Shown here in pieces: positions 25,190 through 37,511 of a DNA stretch of 64,000 nucleotides. How positions within the stretch are numbered: position 1 is the stretch's first letter; each line of letters opens with the position of its first letter. The notes beneath the pieces were generated by a model. The model worked only from the letters and a program-made list of their open reading frames with translations, did not search any database and was not told the DNA's origin. Both the position numbers and the translations under genes were made by a program. Source of the stretch: Lytechinus pictus (lineage: Eukaryota); contig NC_087249.1 in the NCBI RefSeq assembly GCF_037042905.1, positions 7,874,001 to 7,938,000 on the forward strand, given 5' to 3'.

Positions 25190-25540
25190 TAATAATAATA
25201 ACGATAATAATAATCTGGTTATTTATAATGCAGAAATTTTACGTATCTGTACACTCCCAGATTTATTATTACCCCAATCATTAGATTCAATCAGCCATTC
25301 CCGCACACAACGTATGCATATCCTCCACTCCAGCCAGTATTCCAGCCAGGCGCCAATGAGGCGCACACAGTAGCTCGACAAGCTACGATGACTTTCAAGT
25401 CCTACCGGGAACCCATTTTGGCACATGAGCGGAGAGTGGCAGTGTGGATTAACGCCTTGTCAAAGGACGCTAGGTCGCGGTGGAATTCGAACACACGACC
25501 GTTACAAGGCGAGCGTCATAATTTCTACACCATGGTTCCT
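25190..25540 (-). mobile_element. Degenerate tRNA-SINE
   Basis: Minus-strand B-box-like gtgttcgaattcc, an aaatgggttccc motif and a (TAT)n tail. Confidence 0.55.
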
Positions 25541-26882
25541 CCACTCTCTCATTTTTTCCTTCTTGTTCTGTCTGTCTGTCTCTCTCTCCCTCACTTTGAC
25601 TTTCTTTCTATCTTCCTTATATAACTGTACAATAACCAAAATGAAGTTTCAAAAAAATATAAACTTTCCAATACAATTGATTTATTTCAAGATTATCCAT
25701 AATTGTTAGGTTCTTAAACCAGTCAACATGGTCGCAACTTATACGCTGTTCAAATGATTAATTGCTTTTACAGATCCCATCCTCTCAAACGAAAGTGATG
25801 CTAGGTGATCGAGCATATTCTTGTGTGGCCCCAAAACTCTGGAATGGCTTATATACCCTTGGAAGTCAGGATAGCGCCATTCATAAACAGCTTAAAAACA
25901 AAACTTGAATCACATTTATATCATTTATTTCATTAATTATAACCATTATGAGAACAGTAAAATATATGATTGATATATGATATGTGAATAGTTTCTGCAC
26001 TCTATTTATCTATATGGATGAATGGATGAATGGGTACCAGGTAGAATTTATTTCGCTTTAGCGCCGATATGGCGGCTCAGCTACTGCCGGTGTAATGATG
26101 ATGCCAAGTATCAAAGCGCAGCTGTGTATATGCACAATGTAACTGCGCTATTTAAATAGACATATCATCATTATTTTTATTTATATTATTATTATCATTT
26201 TGTCATGATTATTATTAATAATTTTATCATCATTAAATGCGATTAGATGTAATTGGGAATATACATCGCCTCTGTTATCACGTTTCCAAGGAAGGGGATG
26301 GGTGTATGTAAGCTTACATAATATGTATATCACTTGATTAAGACGGTATGAAAATTGTGGACTTGAATAAATTTTACTGGAAAAAATGCATGAAATTCGT
26401 TCTCTCTCTCTCTCCCTTAAAAGAATCATATTGCCCTCGTCTAGAGACTCTGGCCAATTCTGTTGCGGGCAATATATCTGGTGTTCCCTTCAAGGCCAGT
26501 CAATATTATACAAATCATATATAATTATAACCATGATGATCATATTCATCCTTTACATCTGAATTGAAATCGCATCGTTCAACTTTTTCAGTATTCAAAA
26601 ATAAGTTTTCATTCAATTATTGTAAAAATAATTATTGAAAATTTATTACTACATTACTACACAGTATGCGCAAACTGTTAACAAATATACATGTAGATAT
26701 ATATACACACTATACACATTCCACTTTTCTTTTGCTACATAATGACCTTATCCTATTGGTAGAACTGTCTAGATCTGCCTTAAACAAGATCGTAGAGACT
26801 ATACACAGATCGTCGTACGCCAACCCACGAGGATAATGAGGAGTTTACGATCACCTTCCAAGTGTCAATTGGACATAAATGA

Positions 26883-27020
26883 TCATGGTTCAGGAGAAGT
26901 ACGGCTGAAAGAGGGAATATTTGTTGTCATGTTCGTCGTTGCCATGGTGATATCAGTAGTAGGAGTGGTTTGTTGAAATTGGAGGAGGATGGTGAAGTAA
27001 GTGATCAACGTGCTGACAAC
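26883..27020 (-). CDS. Gustatory receptor-like gene B, exon 4 (TM7)
   Basis: tttttcag|VVSTLITYFTILLQFQQTTPTTDITMATTNMTTNIPSFSRTSPEP*. Confidence 0.92.
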   Translation of the reverse strand, partial: VVSTLITYFTILLQFQQTTPTTDITMATTNMTTNIPSFSRTSPEP

Positions 27021-27036
27021 CTGAAAAATAGAAAAA

Positions 27037-27233
27037 TGGTTCCATGACATTTGCTCCGGCGACAATATTGTCCCGCTTCAAATTCCACACATTAATGCAA
27101 TGACCAACTTCAACCCTGGATCTAACACTATACCAAAACTTAACCCTAAACCGAAACATAAAAACCTTATTGCAACCCTAACCCTATATCTTAGACGAAA
27201 TAAATTGTCGCCGGATCAAATGTCGTGACACCA
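27037..27233. mobile_element. MITE with internal CCCTAA-like repeats, next to the Grl-B exon 4 acceptor
   Basis: TIRs tggttccatgacatttgctccggcgacaat / attgtcgccggatcaaatgtcgtgacacca, flanked by gaaaaa on both sides. Confidence 0.7.
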
Positions 27234-28461
27234 GAAAAAAAAAAACCAGTGCAATATTATGTCTTATACAAGACCAAACATTCTGGGAGAGTTTTAGTTA
27301 TTGTTCATCTTGTAGAAGTCTGCCTATATTATTCTCATTTATTGCGAAAATTTCATTTCATTTCGTTTATTTCCATTTTCAACAATTAGAGTTTGTTTTG
27401 TACATTTTAACATACAAATAACAAAACATATTTCAAGTATCCCTGTACAAAAAATTATACTCAGGATTGTTACATAACAGATTGGAAATGGAGGAGGCTG
27501 CCAAAAAGCGGAGCTTGTAGAGTGCAGCCTCCTAACAAATGTGTGGATAATGTGAGATGGTGTACTGGTGTGGGTGAGGGTGTGTGTGTGTACGCGGATG
27601 TACCTGTGAACATTGAGCTGGAATATTTTTTTTTCTTCTTTTGAGACTATGAAGCGTGAACAATTATCTAAAATTGCCATTAACTGTATTTCTTGGTTAG
27701 CGAAAGTTACCCTAGTTTTGTGGTTGCGACCCAATAATTTTGTTGCATAGTCTTACAATTTATACAAAAGCAAGAGGAACAAAATAACCACCCAGTCTTT
27801 TTTAATATACCAGGCTTGGTGAAATAATCCAAAACAATGTAAATAATTTCCACTAATACTTTTTTTAGGAAACGCCATGGTTTTTATTACTTTTTTAAGT
27901 TCGAACAATAAATCTGGGCCGATACTTAGTCTGTAGTTGGCCCAATCCCCATTCAGGAAGAAACTCATTCAGCCACTTTGCTACGCGAATTCTGATTCGT
28001 GTCTGCACTGTTAAACATCACCACGTGGTTGAAAACTATCATAGAATGCTCGCCGCCGAAAGTCGACGATACTTCATGGGCAGAACTAATTGCGCATGGT
28101 CAAGCATGAGCATGCGCTGTTCTGCCCAGAAAAAAATGTGAAAAATATTTGGAGCTCTGAATGAAATTTATCCGACACACAATTTTTATTCTCAGAAAAT
28201 ACCTGAAATTCTTCCCGAGGAAAAATACAAAAAGGCAAAAAATCACCCCCCCCCAAAAAAAAAAATAATAATAATAATTTGATAGGAGAGTGCCTCAGTA
28301 GACAAAAGTATAGACTGGATTGATTAGTAGAGTAAAAATTTAGCATTATCCTTTTTAAACATGTTCTAAAAACAATTTTCGCCCTCTTCAGTATGATTTA
28401 TCGATGCAATTTCAAATGAAAACTGATTGCTGTCAAACAATAACAAAATTAAGGAACCTAC

Positions 28462-28554
28462 CGCTAAAACCCGTTCCTTAGTAATAACGAAGCAACCAAG
28501 AGCCGTCATGCCGATTTCTGGTCCGTCCAACCGGGCCAAGAATAGAAGCTGGAC
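28462..28554 (-). CDS. Gustatory receptor-like gene B, exon 3
   Basis: tttag|VQLLFLARLDGPEIGMTALGCFVITKERVLA|gtaggt. 93 nt. Confidence 0.9.
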
Positions 28555-29194
28555 CTAAATGAAAAGACGTGAAAAGATTTTTGTGTGAATATGGTACATG
28601 TACATTCACAAACGTAAAACGAAAATTTGATTTGAAAACAAAAATAAAAGATTAACAATAAAAACATGGTACCATCAAAAATATTACCTGTAATAGCCAG
28701 CCCATGCAGCCTTACAAAATATGAGAAATTTAAAATATTTTCTGATATGTTGAAAGCAAAGTCATAAAATGATATTATGGATCTCTTTTAATGAATAATG
28801 TTCTTTCATTTTTCTTCATTCATTTTGCTTGCTCATTATTAAAAAAAATTATCAGTTTGGGACAATTTTAAATATTGGACGAGAAAGATGACATAATAGG
28901 TCACTATTGATTTGGAAGTGAGGTTATCGAATACAAAATTCGAATCGTGGGCTATATGTTCAGAATATATAGAATATATGAAATTTTCCATTGGTTTGCT
29001 TTTCTCGCTCGCTTTAAAAATGTTTAATTGAAATCAAATATTTCCATGCCCATAGATTTATATTCAGTGATGAAGATACAATGGCCCTGGGAAGCGGGAC
29101 CTATATTTTGTAGTGAAAACCTTTTTTTTTACTTGTCAAATAGCACCCCCAGTAAAAAAAAATCGTTCCCACTGGCCTGAAAGATATATATATA

Positions 29195-31273
29195 CACAAC
29201 AAAAAAAGTAAGTCCCCCCTAAATCAAATTGCTGTAAGTTTTGAACGGAATTATTTTGAGATATGATATTTCGTAGGTGGTTTTATACACTCATTAAGCA
29301 ACTCCTGGTGAAAAATTAGATTGATCGGTTGAGTCATGCATGAATGATTAAAGATTGAATTAAAAATTGCCATTTTTGAAAGTCACAAGAGTCGTTTTTC
29401 AGATTGTGCAAATACAAAGTTGGGCAAAAGTTGTTTTTAGGTGAATTGTTTGGTGTTATGCTGTTTTAATATACATCATTTAGCCACTCCACACACAATT
29501 TTGATATCGTATGTTCATGGTTGAGTGAGCACAATGTATTGCAGGGGCCACGGAAGCGGGGGGGGGGGGCTTCAGCCCCCCTCCCCCACTTTTTTCCAAA
29601 AGCATGTACAAAAATGTAAAAATGACCATACGATTGTGATTTTTTTGCATGGTCAGACCCCCCCGACCCCCCCCCCCCCACTTTGAAAACTGTTCCGCGG
29701 CCCCTGTATTGTGACGTATTATGATAGGGGTTTATGGTAATTTCCTCTACAACTTGTTAGATCATGTTAAAATTTGAAAATGTTGGTGTCTCCCCCGATT
29801 ATAGGCCTCTCCCCCATTTTAGAATTTTGGATCCACCACTGATTTGTCCATAAATTAAACTGATCATCAGAAATTGTTAGGAAAGAATACATTTATGCAG
29901 TATAAAGAGTATTTATTCCTAAGTTTTTGCTCGCTCAACCATGCAAATGTTTTAAGTTCGGAAATTGTGTGGTGATAGAAATGATGGATGATAAAAACAC
30001 AGCAATTAAAGTCACATTTGAAACCGAATTTGCCCCCCAAAATTCACTTTATTACCCTTTAAAATGAGTCTGTGACATTGAAAATACCAATTTCCCCACT
30101 TTGATGCGTGCTCACTCATCCATAAATAAACAAATCGATTTCATTTTTGCACAGAATTCTGCCCATGGGTTGATAAACATTACTACGAAATGACATTGAA
30201 AAAGACAGCCTTGAAAAAAAGTTCCACCATATTGAATAAGGGGTTACGTATTCTTAAACATATGCACCCATAATGTACACAAGTTAATGAGAGAGGAAGT
30301 CAACATTCTAACAAATTTGAAATGAGGGTTTGTTTCATATACGGTTTTTGTTACTTCTGCCAACAGTTATATCATGAAACTTCGCACATGGCTTCAGAGT
30401 AACACTATCCAAAAGGCGCTTACACCAAAATAACCATTCGATACGGCACAGAGTGGGGCCAAGGCATTGAACTTTCTTCTCATTTGCATAATTTTCGAAT
30501 ATTGTGTGCTCACTGATGCATTAAACATCGGGATTTTCATAAAAATCAAATCAAATGAACTATGCATGGAGGTTTGTGACAGATATCCATAGTTACAAAT
30601 TGCATTTTTTCCAATAACGTAAAAAAGAGCTAATCACATTCCACATGTTCATTCAAGCGTGAACGTTTAATTAAACGCCTTTGAATCATTGAAGCATGTT
30701 AATTGGTCATGAACATAACGAAAAAGTTGAGAAAAGATCATTTTCAGTTACCAAAATGAAACGATACATGCCTATGATATTTGAAAATCGTATTTTTTGT
30801 ATTCAATTAATGTTTATTGAACCGTGAAACGATGAATATTGCTGAATATACTCTTCCCAAAAATAACTGTCTTCATATTCTATCATTTTTATTTATAGAA
30901 ATGTGTAAAAAATCCAATTATAGCAAATTTGAACTTGTGTTTATTCAACCGTGAAATTTAGCCAAAAAAGTTGTATCGTCTTTTAGAAAGTACCTTTTAC
31001 AAGCCTTCCGACTATTTTTCATGATGAGAATGTGGAATTAGTTCCAATAAAATGGAATCAAAGTAATGATATTTGGCTTGTGACTTTTAAAAAGTGACAT
31101 TTTTGCCTTCTGACGGTGCTCACTGAAGCATGACGTAAAATATGTCCATAACATTTACTCAGAGGATAGCTTATAAAATTACCTACACGCTCATGTAAAA
31201 ATATATTAAAAACTCGCATTGGTTCGGAAATTATTGATGTTTGTTTAAGGGGGGACTTACTTTTTTTGTTGTG
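29195..31273. mobile_element. Non-autonomous Tc1/mariner-like element in Grl-B intron 2, with a nested MITE at 29542-29706
   Basis: TIR CACAACAAAAAAAGTAAGTCCCCCCT at both ends, TA flanks, no transposase ORF. The nested caggggcc...ggcccctg is flanked by tattg. Confidence 0.8.
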
Positions 31274-32107
31274 TATATATTAGTGAAGGTATTTTGGTAC
31301 ATGGTATAGGTACAAGCATTATCAAATATGCATGTACAGTTGCTTCCCATATTCTCTTCCTAATGTGGTCTCTATACAAATTGGTCCCATGTCATGTATG
31401 TTTTATTCTAGCTTTGGTCTCTTTTTAAAGTCTTAATAGTCTTGAACCCAAAGTTGGAAGGTGAGTGCCCCGGAGGATAGGACTCGCACCATCTTAAAAA
31501 AAGATGATAAAAACTTAATGGTACCATCTGTAGATCACTGCATGGTCTATAGAAGTGTCATCATCATAATTTGCATTCATTTTCCTTGAATATCTGGCCG
31601 TCTACCTTGACACTGCCCAGCATACGGAACTGAAGTGGCTACCCTGGGTAAATATACCGTTATTATTATCATTATTATTAATAGTATTATTAATTTGTAT
31701 TATTATTATTATTATTACAATAGAATCGGTTAGTTATTTCCAAACAGTCAACATGGGACATCTTTTGTAACCACCATCCTCTTAATATTCATAAACTTAG
31801 CGTAATATGAGCCAAGCTTTTCTAAGGGAGCTAGACGAGGAAAAATTACTATAAAGCTTCGAGGGAGCGAAGCGAGCGAGCAAATTTTTTAAACCCGAAT
31901 ACAAAACTAATTTTGTGAAAGTATCTGACATAGTATTCAGAAAACGATATAATTTCCACTCCTTTTTCCTTCACCTCGATTTTTTTAGGGGCCATGTCCG
32001 CCAAGCCCCCCCCCCCCTTCACCTGTACGCCAGTAATATTCATTATAGTACATTCAGCGTGAAAAAAAGTTGTAGAATTAAAATAGTGAAGTTATTACAT
32101 TTAGTAC

Positions 32108-32173
32108 CTGAGATAGATCTGAGTCAAACGTGTCCATCTGTAGTTCGTGCACACGTCTGCGTAGGGAATGAGC
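32108..32173 (-). CDS. Gustatory receptor-like gene B, exon 2
   Basis: tgcag|AHSLRRRVHELQMDTFDSDLSQ|gtacta. 66 nt. Confidence 0.88.
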
Positions 32174-32238
32174 CTGCATGGGAAAGAGAGAACAGCCACA
32201 AACAATTTGCAAAATTTGTTTCTTCTCTTTTCGCGACT

Positions 32239-32405
32239 AATACCTCAGTCACATTTTCTCTAGGGCGGCCGTAAGGTGAGTCGAAAACAGCCGTTTTACT
32301 CATCTTCATTCGAACCACCTGTATGTAGCTATTACAAACAAAATGTTAAAACAGTTGATTCGACTCGCCGTACAGCCACCATTTTGCAAATGTGACTGAG
32401 GTATT
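32239..32405. mobile_element. Small MITE in Grl-B intron 1
   Basis: TIRs aatacctcagtcacattt / aaatgtgactgaggtatt. Confidence 0.7.
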
Positions 32406-32667
32406 CAACTAGTAAGGCTACTGAAAACCCAAAATATTTTAATGAAAGGATGCATAAGTTGTTCTAAAAAACAATTACCTCGTATATATTGAAAATATTA
32501 AAATTCGAAACATTTACAACGTTTAAAAAAATAACTATTAATGACTTGCTTCTATATGATTTACATTCTTTTATGAATGGAAAAAGGGTAGGCCTAATAG
32601 AATCTAAATAATAATAAATTATTGTATAGCTCAAACATAGGAACCGGCTCCAAAGTAATTATATTAC

Positions 32668-33798
32668 CTTTTCATATACTTGCACTGCGAAAAGGGACGG
32701 CAATAACACATTGGTGGAACAGACGAGGAGCCAACAGAGCGTCATACTGATGTACAATAGGTTTCCATTAGCAAGATAAAAGAGCTCATACAACAGAAAG
32801 ATAATGAGTGGAATGTTCGTCAAGTACACGACTCCCACAAAAGGAGAGAATACATCATCAGCAACCTCGACAGTGTGGCAAATAACAGCATGTCTTCGCC
32901 GAAAACAATTCAGTGTCTTTTTATCAATCGGGTGGGAAGAGTTGAGAGCCTGGTCGAATTCCTCTGACAAATTTTCAAATTGCAACGAAATGTTGTGACA
33001 TATGAGCGAGAAAAGAGCACCCGGAAATGCATAAGCAGCATTTGAATAAACTGCGAATATCAAATTAATGCCGCAAAATGGCTCTGAAAGCCACGGTCCA
33101 CAGATGCCCATTGAAGTCAGCGGGTTTAGTCCGAAGCCAAATGTTGAGAATACCATACCGGCAATGTTGATAAGCATGACACAAGTACATGTTACCGTTA
33201 CAAGCATAGCCCATTTGTTGTATCTTACGGGAGTTTTGTGCTGATTCTCATTAATTTCGTCTTTCGTGTTTAGGGTCGTTTTGTCCAATGAGCAATGTGT
33301 TCGTCTTGTTTGAAGGGACGTGACCGAAGAGTTCCAATGACGCCGGAAGTAGGGCATGCATTTGTCCCTGTAACACACTACGAACATGATGGTATTGCAG
33401 ATAGATACGATGTAAAAGTACACTTGCATTGTTATCAGTTCTTGCGAGAATATTCCGTACCTGTCATTCAGAGCAATAGCATATGTCATCCGGATCGTAT
33501 TCAGCCACAGGTATATACACACCAAAGCGTGGTATACTCGAGAAATACCATTCCGCCAACTCTTCGACCTAGGTGGCTCAGGATCAGCATCAGGAAACCA
33601 TCCTGAACCTTCAGCCTGGCCCTGAGTTTTGAGGGCGCCCTCGAAAGCTGTTTCGTGATAGACTCCAACGATCTTCAAAGTCAAAAGAAGGGGTTCTAAC
33701 ATCTCATTCCAAAGAAGATTTACTTTCACATCATTCCTTGGAGGTTGATCTTGTTTTGTTGCAGATTCCATCTTCCCAATAACAGCAATACGATTCAT
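32668..33798 (-). CDS. Gustatory receptor-like gene B, exon 1 (377 aa; full model 475 aa: 33798-32668, 32173-32108, 28554-28462, 27020-26883)
   Basis: Paralog of 19210-20337. Ends VYEK|gtaata (phase 0). Confidence 0.92.
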
Positions 33799-34650
33799 TT
33801 TAGAAGCTATTTTCTCTTTCTTCGAGAAATATGGGAGTAGTATAAAGCCTATACTCTATGGATCTGTTTCAAATAATGCAGACGAATCGACTAGCTGAGC
33901 TGTTCATGGCTTAAGTCGAACCTTTTCGATAAAACCCCGCGACGGCTACCGACAAACAGACAATTACTACTCACACCCTAAATGCTAAATGGCACCTCGT
34001 CAATGTTATGCAACGCAAAATCATAACAGGAGTTAATCATCTTAAGTGACTGTTTACTAATCACTGGCAATTGTTCCAAATTAGTTACCACACTTTAATG
34101 GTAAAATTAATTTAGATAATTGTGAGAGAGCTAATGTAGGCCTATTTGTTTTGTATGAATAGATAGTTGATAGGGATGATACTCCTGCAGGAGTTTGTTG
34201 ACAGTGTAAAAGAATGAATTGTTTGTGTGTTCTTCTACCCCCCCCCCCTCTCTCTCTCTCTGTATGATCATATGAAAACGCATTCAAATCGCACTGACAG
34301 AATACAGGGATAGAGAGAGCCGAATCAGGGGGAAGGGGATGCGGGAGAATAGGGAAAGAGGGTGAGTGAGAGAGGGAGAGAGAGAGAAGGGGGGGGGGGA
34401 GAGGAGAGCCTTGGAGAGGGAATGCAATTGAAATTGATTGCATAAATCTTCTTCGTTTACGTCAATAAAACGTATTCATAGAGATCCTAGCCATTTGTTT
34501 TTATCATTCTTCATTTTATCAGTTACCCCTTTTCGTTTTTTTTAAAGCGGTCTTTGATTACTTAAAGAATTAAGAATCCAATTTTGAGCTCCAGTATACA
34601 AATAATGAATGTTTATGAGTGCAATGGACATAATACTTCATGGGGTGACA

Positions 34651-37511
34651 CATGGGCGAAATCTCTCCTTAAACATGTTAAAGGTAGGGGGGACACAATT
34701 GACTTTTCCGTTTTTTTCCGTTTTTAAGTNNNNNNNNNNNNNNNNNNNNNNNNNNNNNNNNNNNNNNNNNNNNNNNNNNNNNNNNNNNNNNNNNNNNNNN
34801 NNNNNNNNNNNNNNNNNNNNNNNNNNNNNNNNNNNNNNNNNNNNNNNNNNNNNNNNNNNNNNNNNNNATTTCGAAGAGGGGAGGTATTCCTAACTAAAGA
34901 TGAAAGGCCTCAATAAATAATGCAAGCGCGAAGCGCGAGCCCAAATATGTCGATATTTTATAAATTGTGACCTGGAAATTGAACATTCTGAACGTTTTTT
35001 GTGATCATGAACTAAATTCGAACCTACCTAAACCATTAATGCGAGCACGAAGTGCGAGCTGAAAGTTTTTGATTTTCCAACCTAAAAACTGGGCATTCTT
35101 AACACTTTTTCAAATCATGAACAGGATATGAATTACCTAAAACTGAACATTCGTAACACTTTTTCAAATCATGAACAGAATAGGAATTTAACTAAATCAT
35201 AGATGCGAGCGCGAGCTGAAAGTTTTTGATGATTTTCCCATCTAAAAACTGAACATTCTTAACAGTTTTATAAAAATCATGATCAGGATAGGAATCTAAT
35301 AAAACAATGCTAGCGCGAAGCGCGAGCTGAAAGTTTTTTTTATTTTCCAACCTAAAAACTGGACATTCGTAACACTTTTTTCAAATCATGAACAGGATAG
35401 GAATTTAACTAAATAATAGCTGCAAGCTGAAAATGTTTGATTTTCCTACCTAAATACTGGACATTCATAGCACTTAAAAAATAATATGAACGGAATAAGA
35501 ATCTAAACAATGAATGAAAGCGCGAGCTGAAAAGGTTTTTGATTTTCCAACCTAACAACTGGACATTCTTAGTACTTAAAAAAAATCATGAACAGGAAAG
35601 GAATCTAAACAATTAATGCGAGCGTGAAGCACGAGCTGAAAGATTTTGATTTTCCAACCTAAAAACTGGACATTCTTAGCACTTAATAATGAACGGAATA
35701 AGAATCAAAACAATGAATGCGAGCGCGAAGCGCGAGCTGAAAGGATTTTTGATTTTCCAACCTAAAAACTGGACATTCTTAGTACTTAAAAAAAATTATG
35801 AACAGGAAAGGAATCTAAACAATTAATGCGGGCGTGAAGCACGAGCTGAAAGTTTTTGATTTTCCAACCTAAAAACTGGACATTCTTAGCACTTAATAAT
35901 GAACGGAATAGGAATCTAAACAATGAATGCGAGCGCGAAGCGCGAGCTGAAAGGGTTTTTGATTTTCCAACCTAACAACTGGACATTCTTAGTACTTAAA
36001 AAAAAATTATGAACAGGAAAGGAATCTAAACAATTAATGCGGGCGCGAAGCGCGAGCTGAAAGTTTGTTATTTTCCAACCTAAAAACTGGACAATCGTAA
36101 CACTTTTTCAAATCATAAACAGGATAGGAATCTTACTAAACAATATTAGATTCGAGCGCGAAGTGTGTGCTGAAGATATGTCATTTCCGGCCTACAAAAT
36201 TGGTATTATTAGCATATTTTAAATCAAGGACAGGGTGGCTATCTAACTAAATTTTAATTGATATGAGCGTGAAGCGTATCCTGATTTTTTTCAATTTTCC
36301 GACCAAAAAAGGCATCTTCTTTTCACCTTATAGCAATAAAACAGGATAATATCTGACCCAACCATATTACCGATGCGAGCGCGAAGCGCGAAATGAATTT
36401 TATTTATATTCGGATCTGAAAACTGGATCTTTCAAGCACTTTTGAAATAAAGAACAAGCAGTCTATCTCAATAAACAATGCGAGCGCAAAGCGCGAGCTA
36501 ATTTTTTTTCTTTAAGATTTAAACCTACAAATTATGAAAAAGATGGATATCTTCCTAAATAAATGATTTGATTTTATATATTTCGATCTTAAAAGTGAAA
36601 GAAAAAAATTTAAGCACGTTTTGAAAGAAGAGATGGCTGTGTATTAATGCGAAGCGCGAGCGATTTTTTTATTTTTTTTACACAATGACCTGAAAGTTTT
36701 ATTTTTTCCGATTATTCCCCTCCCCTTCCATCATTTGATTGTCTTCCTCGTCCTATCTTTCTTCTTATTTTTCTCCTCACCTTCCCATTTTGCGCCGCCA
36801 ATAGGAGGCGGGCAGCCGCTTCGTCCCCTTGATCTACCTATAATGACCCCTCCCACGTACGGCAGGAATTTCGTGTAAAAATGGAATATAAAAGTCTCGT
36901 TAATAGAGTATTTAAAAACAAATTTTGGGGGATTAAACAAAGGTATGTTTTTACGGGGTATGGAACATTCTCGTCTACCATCTATACACTAAATTTACTT
37001 ATAAGTATCCAGGGGCGATTTTCTGTTTTCGTCATTTTCATTAGTTATGAAATTGACAATGGGCATCGAAGTCAGCAATGTCATCACTCTTTGGCTGACA
37101 TATAGGGCTAGATGCGAGTTCGGGAATAGTCGGGCCGGTATGCCTTTTCTTTTCCTATCCAACTGAAAGAGGGTCACTTATATTTCACATTTTTATAAAT
37201 ATATCCAATGATTTTTGTGATGTGAGATTTTCATGACGGCATTTTAATATTGTAACTGTTATACCCATACTATTTTCAGGTATCAACATTGATTTTTTTT
37301 TAACAGGGAGCGATGTTATATTTTGCCTTTAACAAAAACTCTTTGTTTATATTTATTTCGAAATTCGAGGATACATGTGTATAATTTCGATTTTGAATTA
37401 TGTATTTTGATCCATAATAAAATACCACAAATAGTGGGGGGACATTTGATATTACGTACCCCCTTTCCAAAATGGTAGGGGGACGCGTCCCCCCTGGGAT
37501 TTCCGCCCATG
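34651..37511. mobile_element. Non-autonomous hAT-like element carrying an internal tandem array of about 115-120 bp units
   Basis: Ends catgggcgaaatc / gatttccgcccatg. Flanks gggtgaca / aggtgacg (degenerate 8-bp TSD). Array units contain gcgagcgcgaagcgcgagctgaaa...ttttccaacctaaaaactggacattc. Confidence 0.6.
34730..34867. other. Assembly gap
   Basis: Run of N. Confidence 1.
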
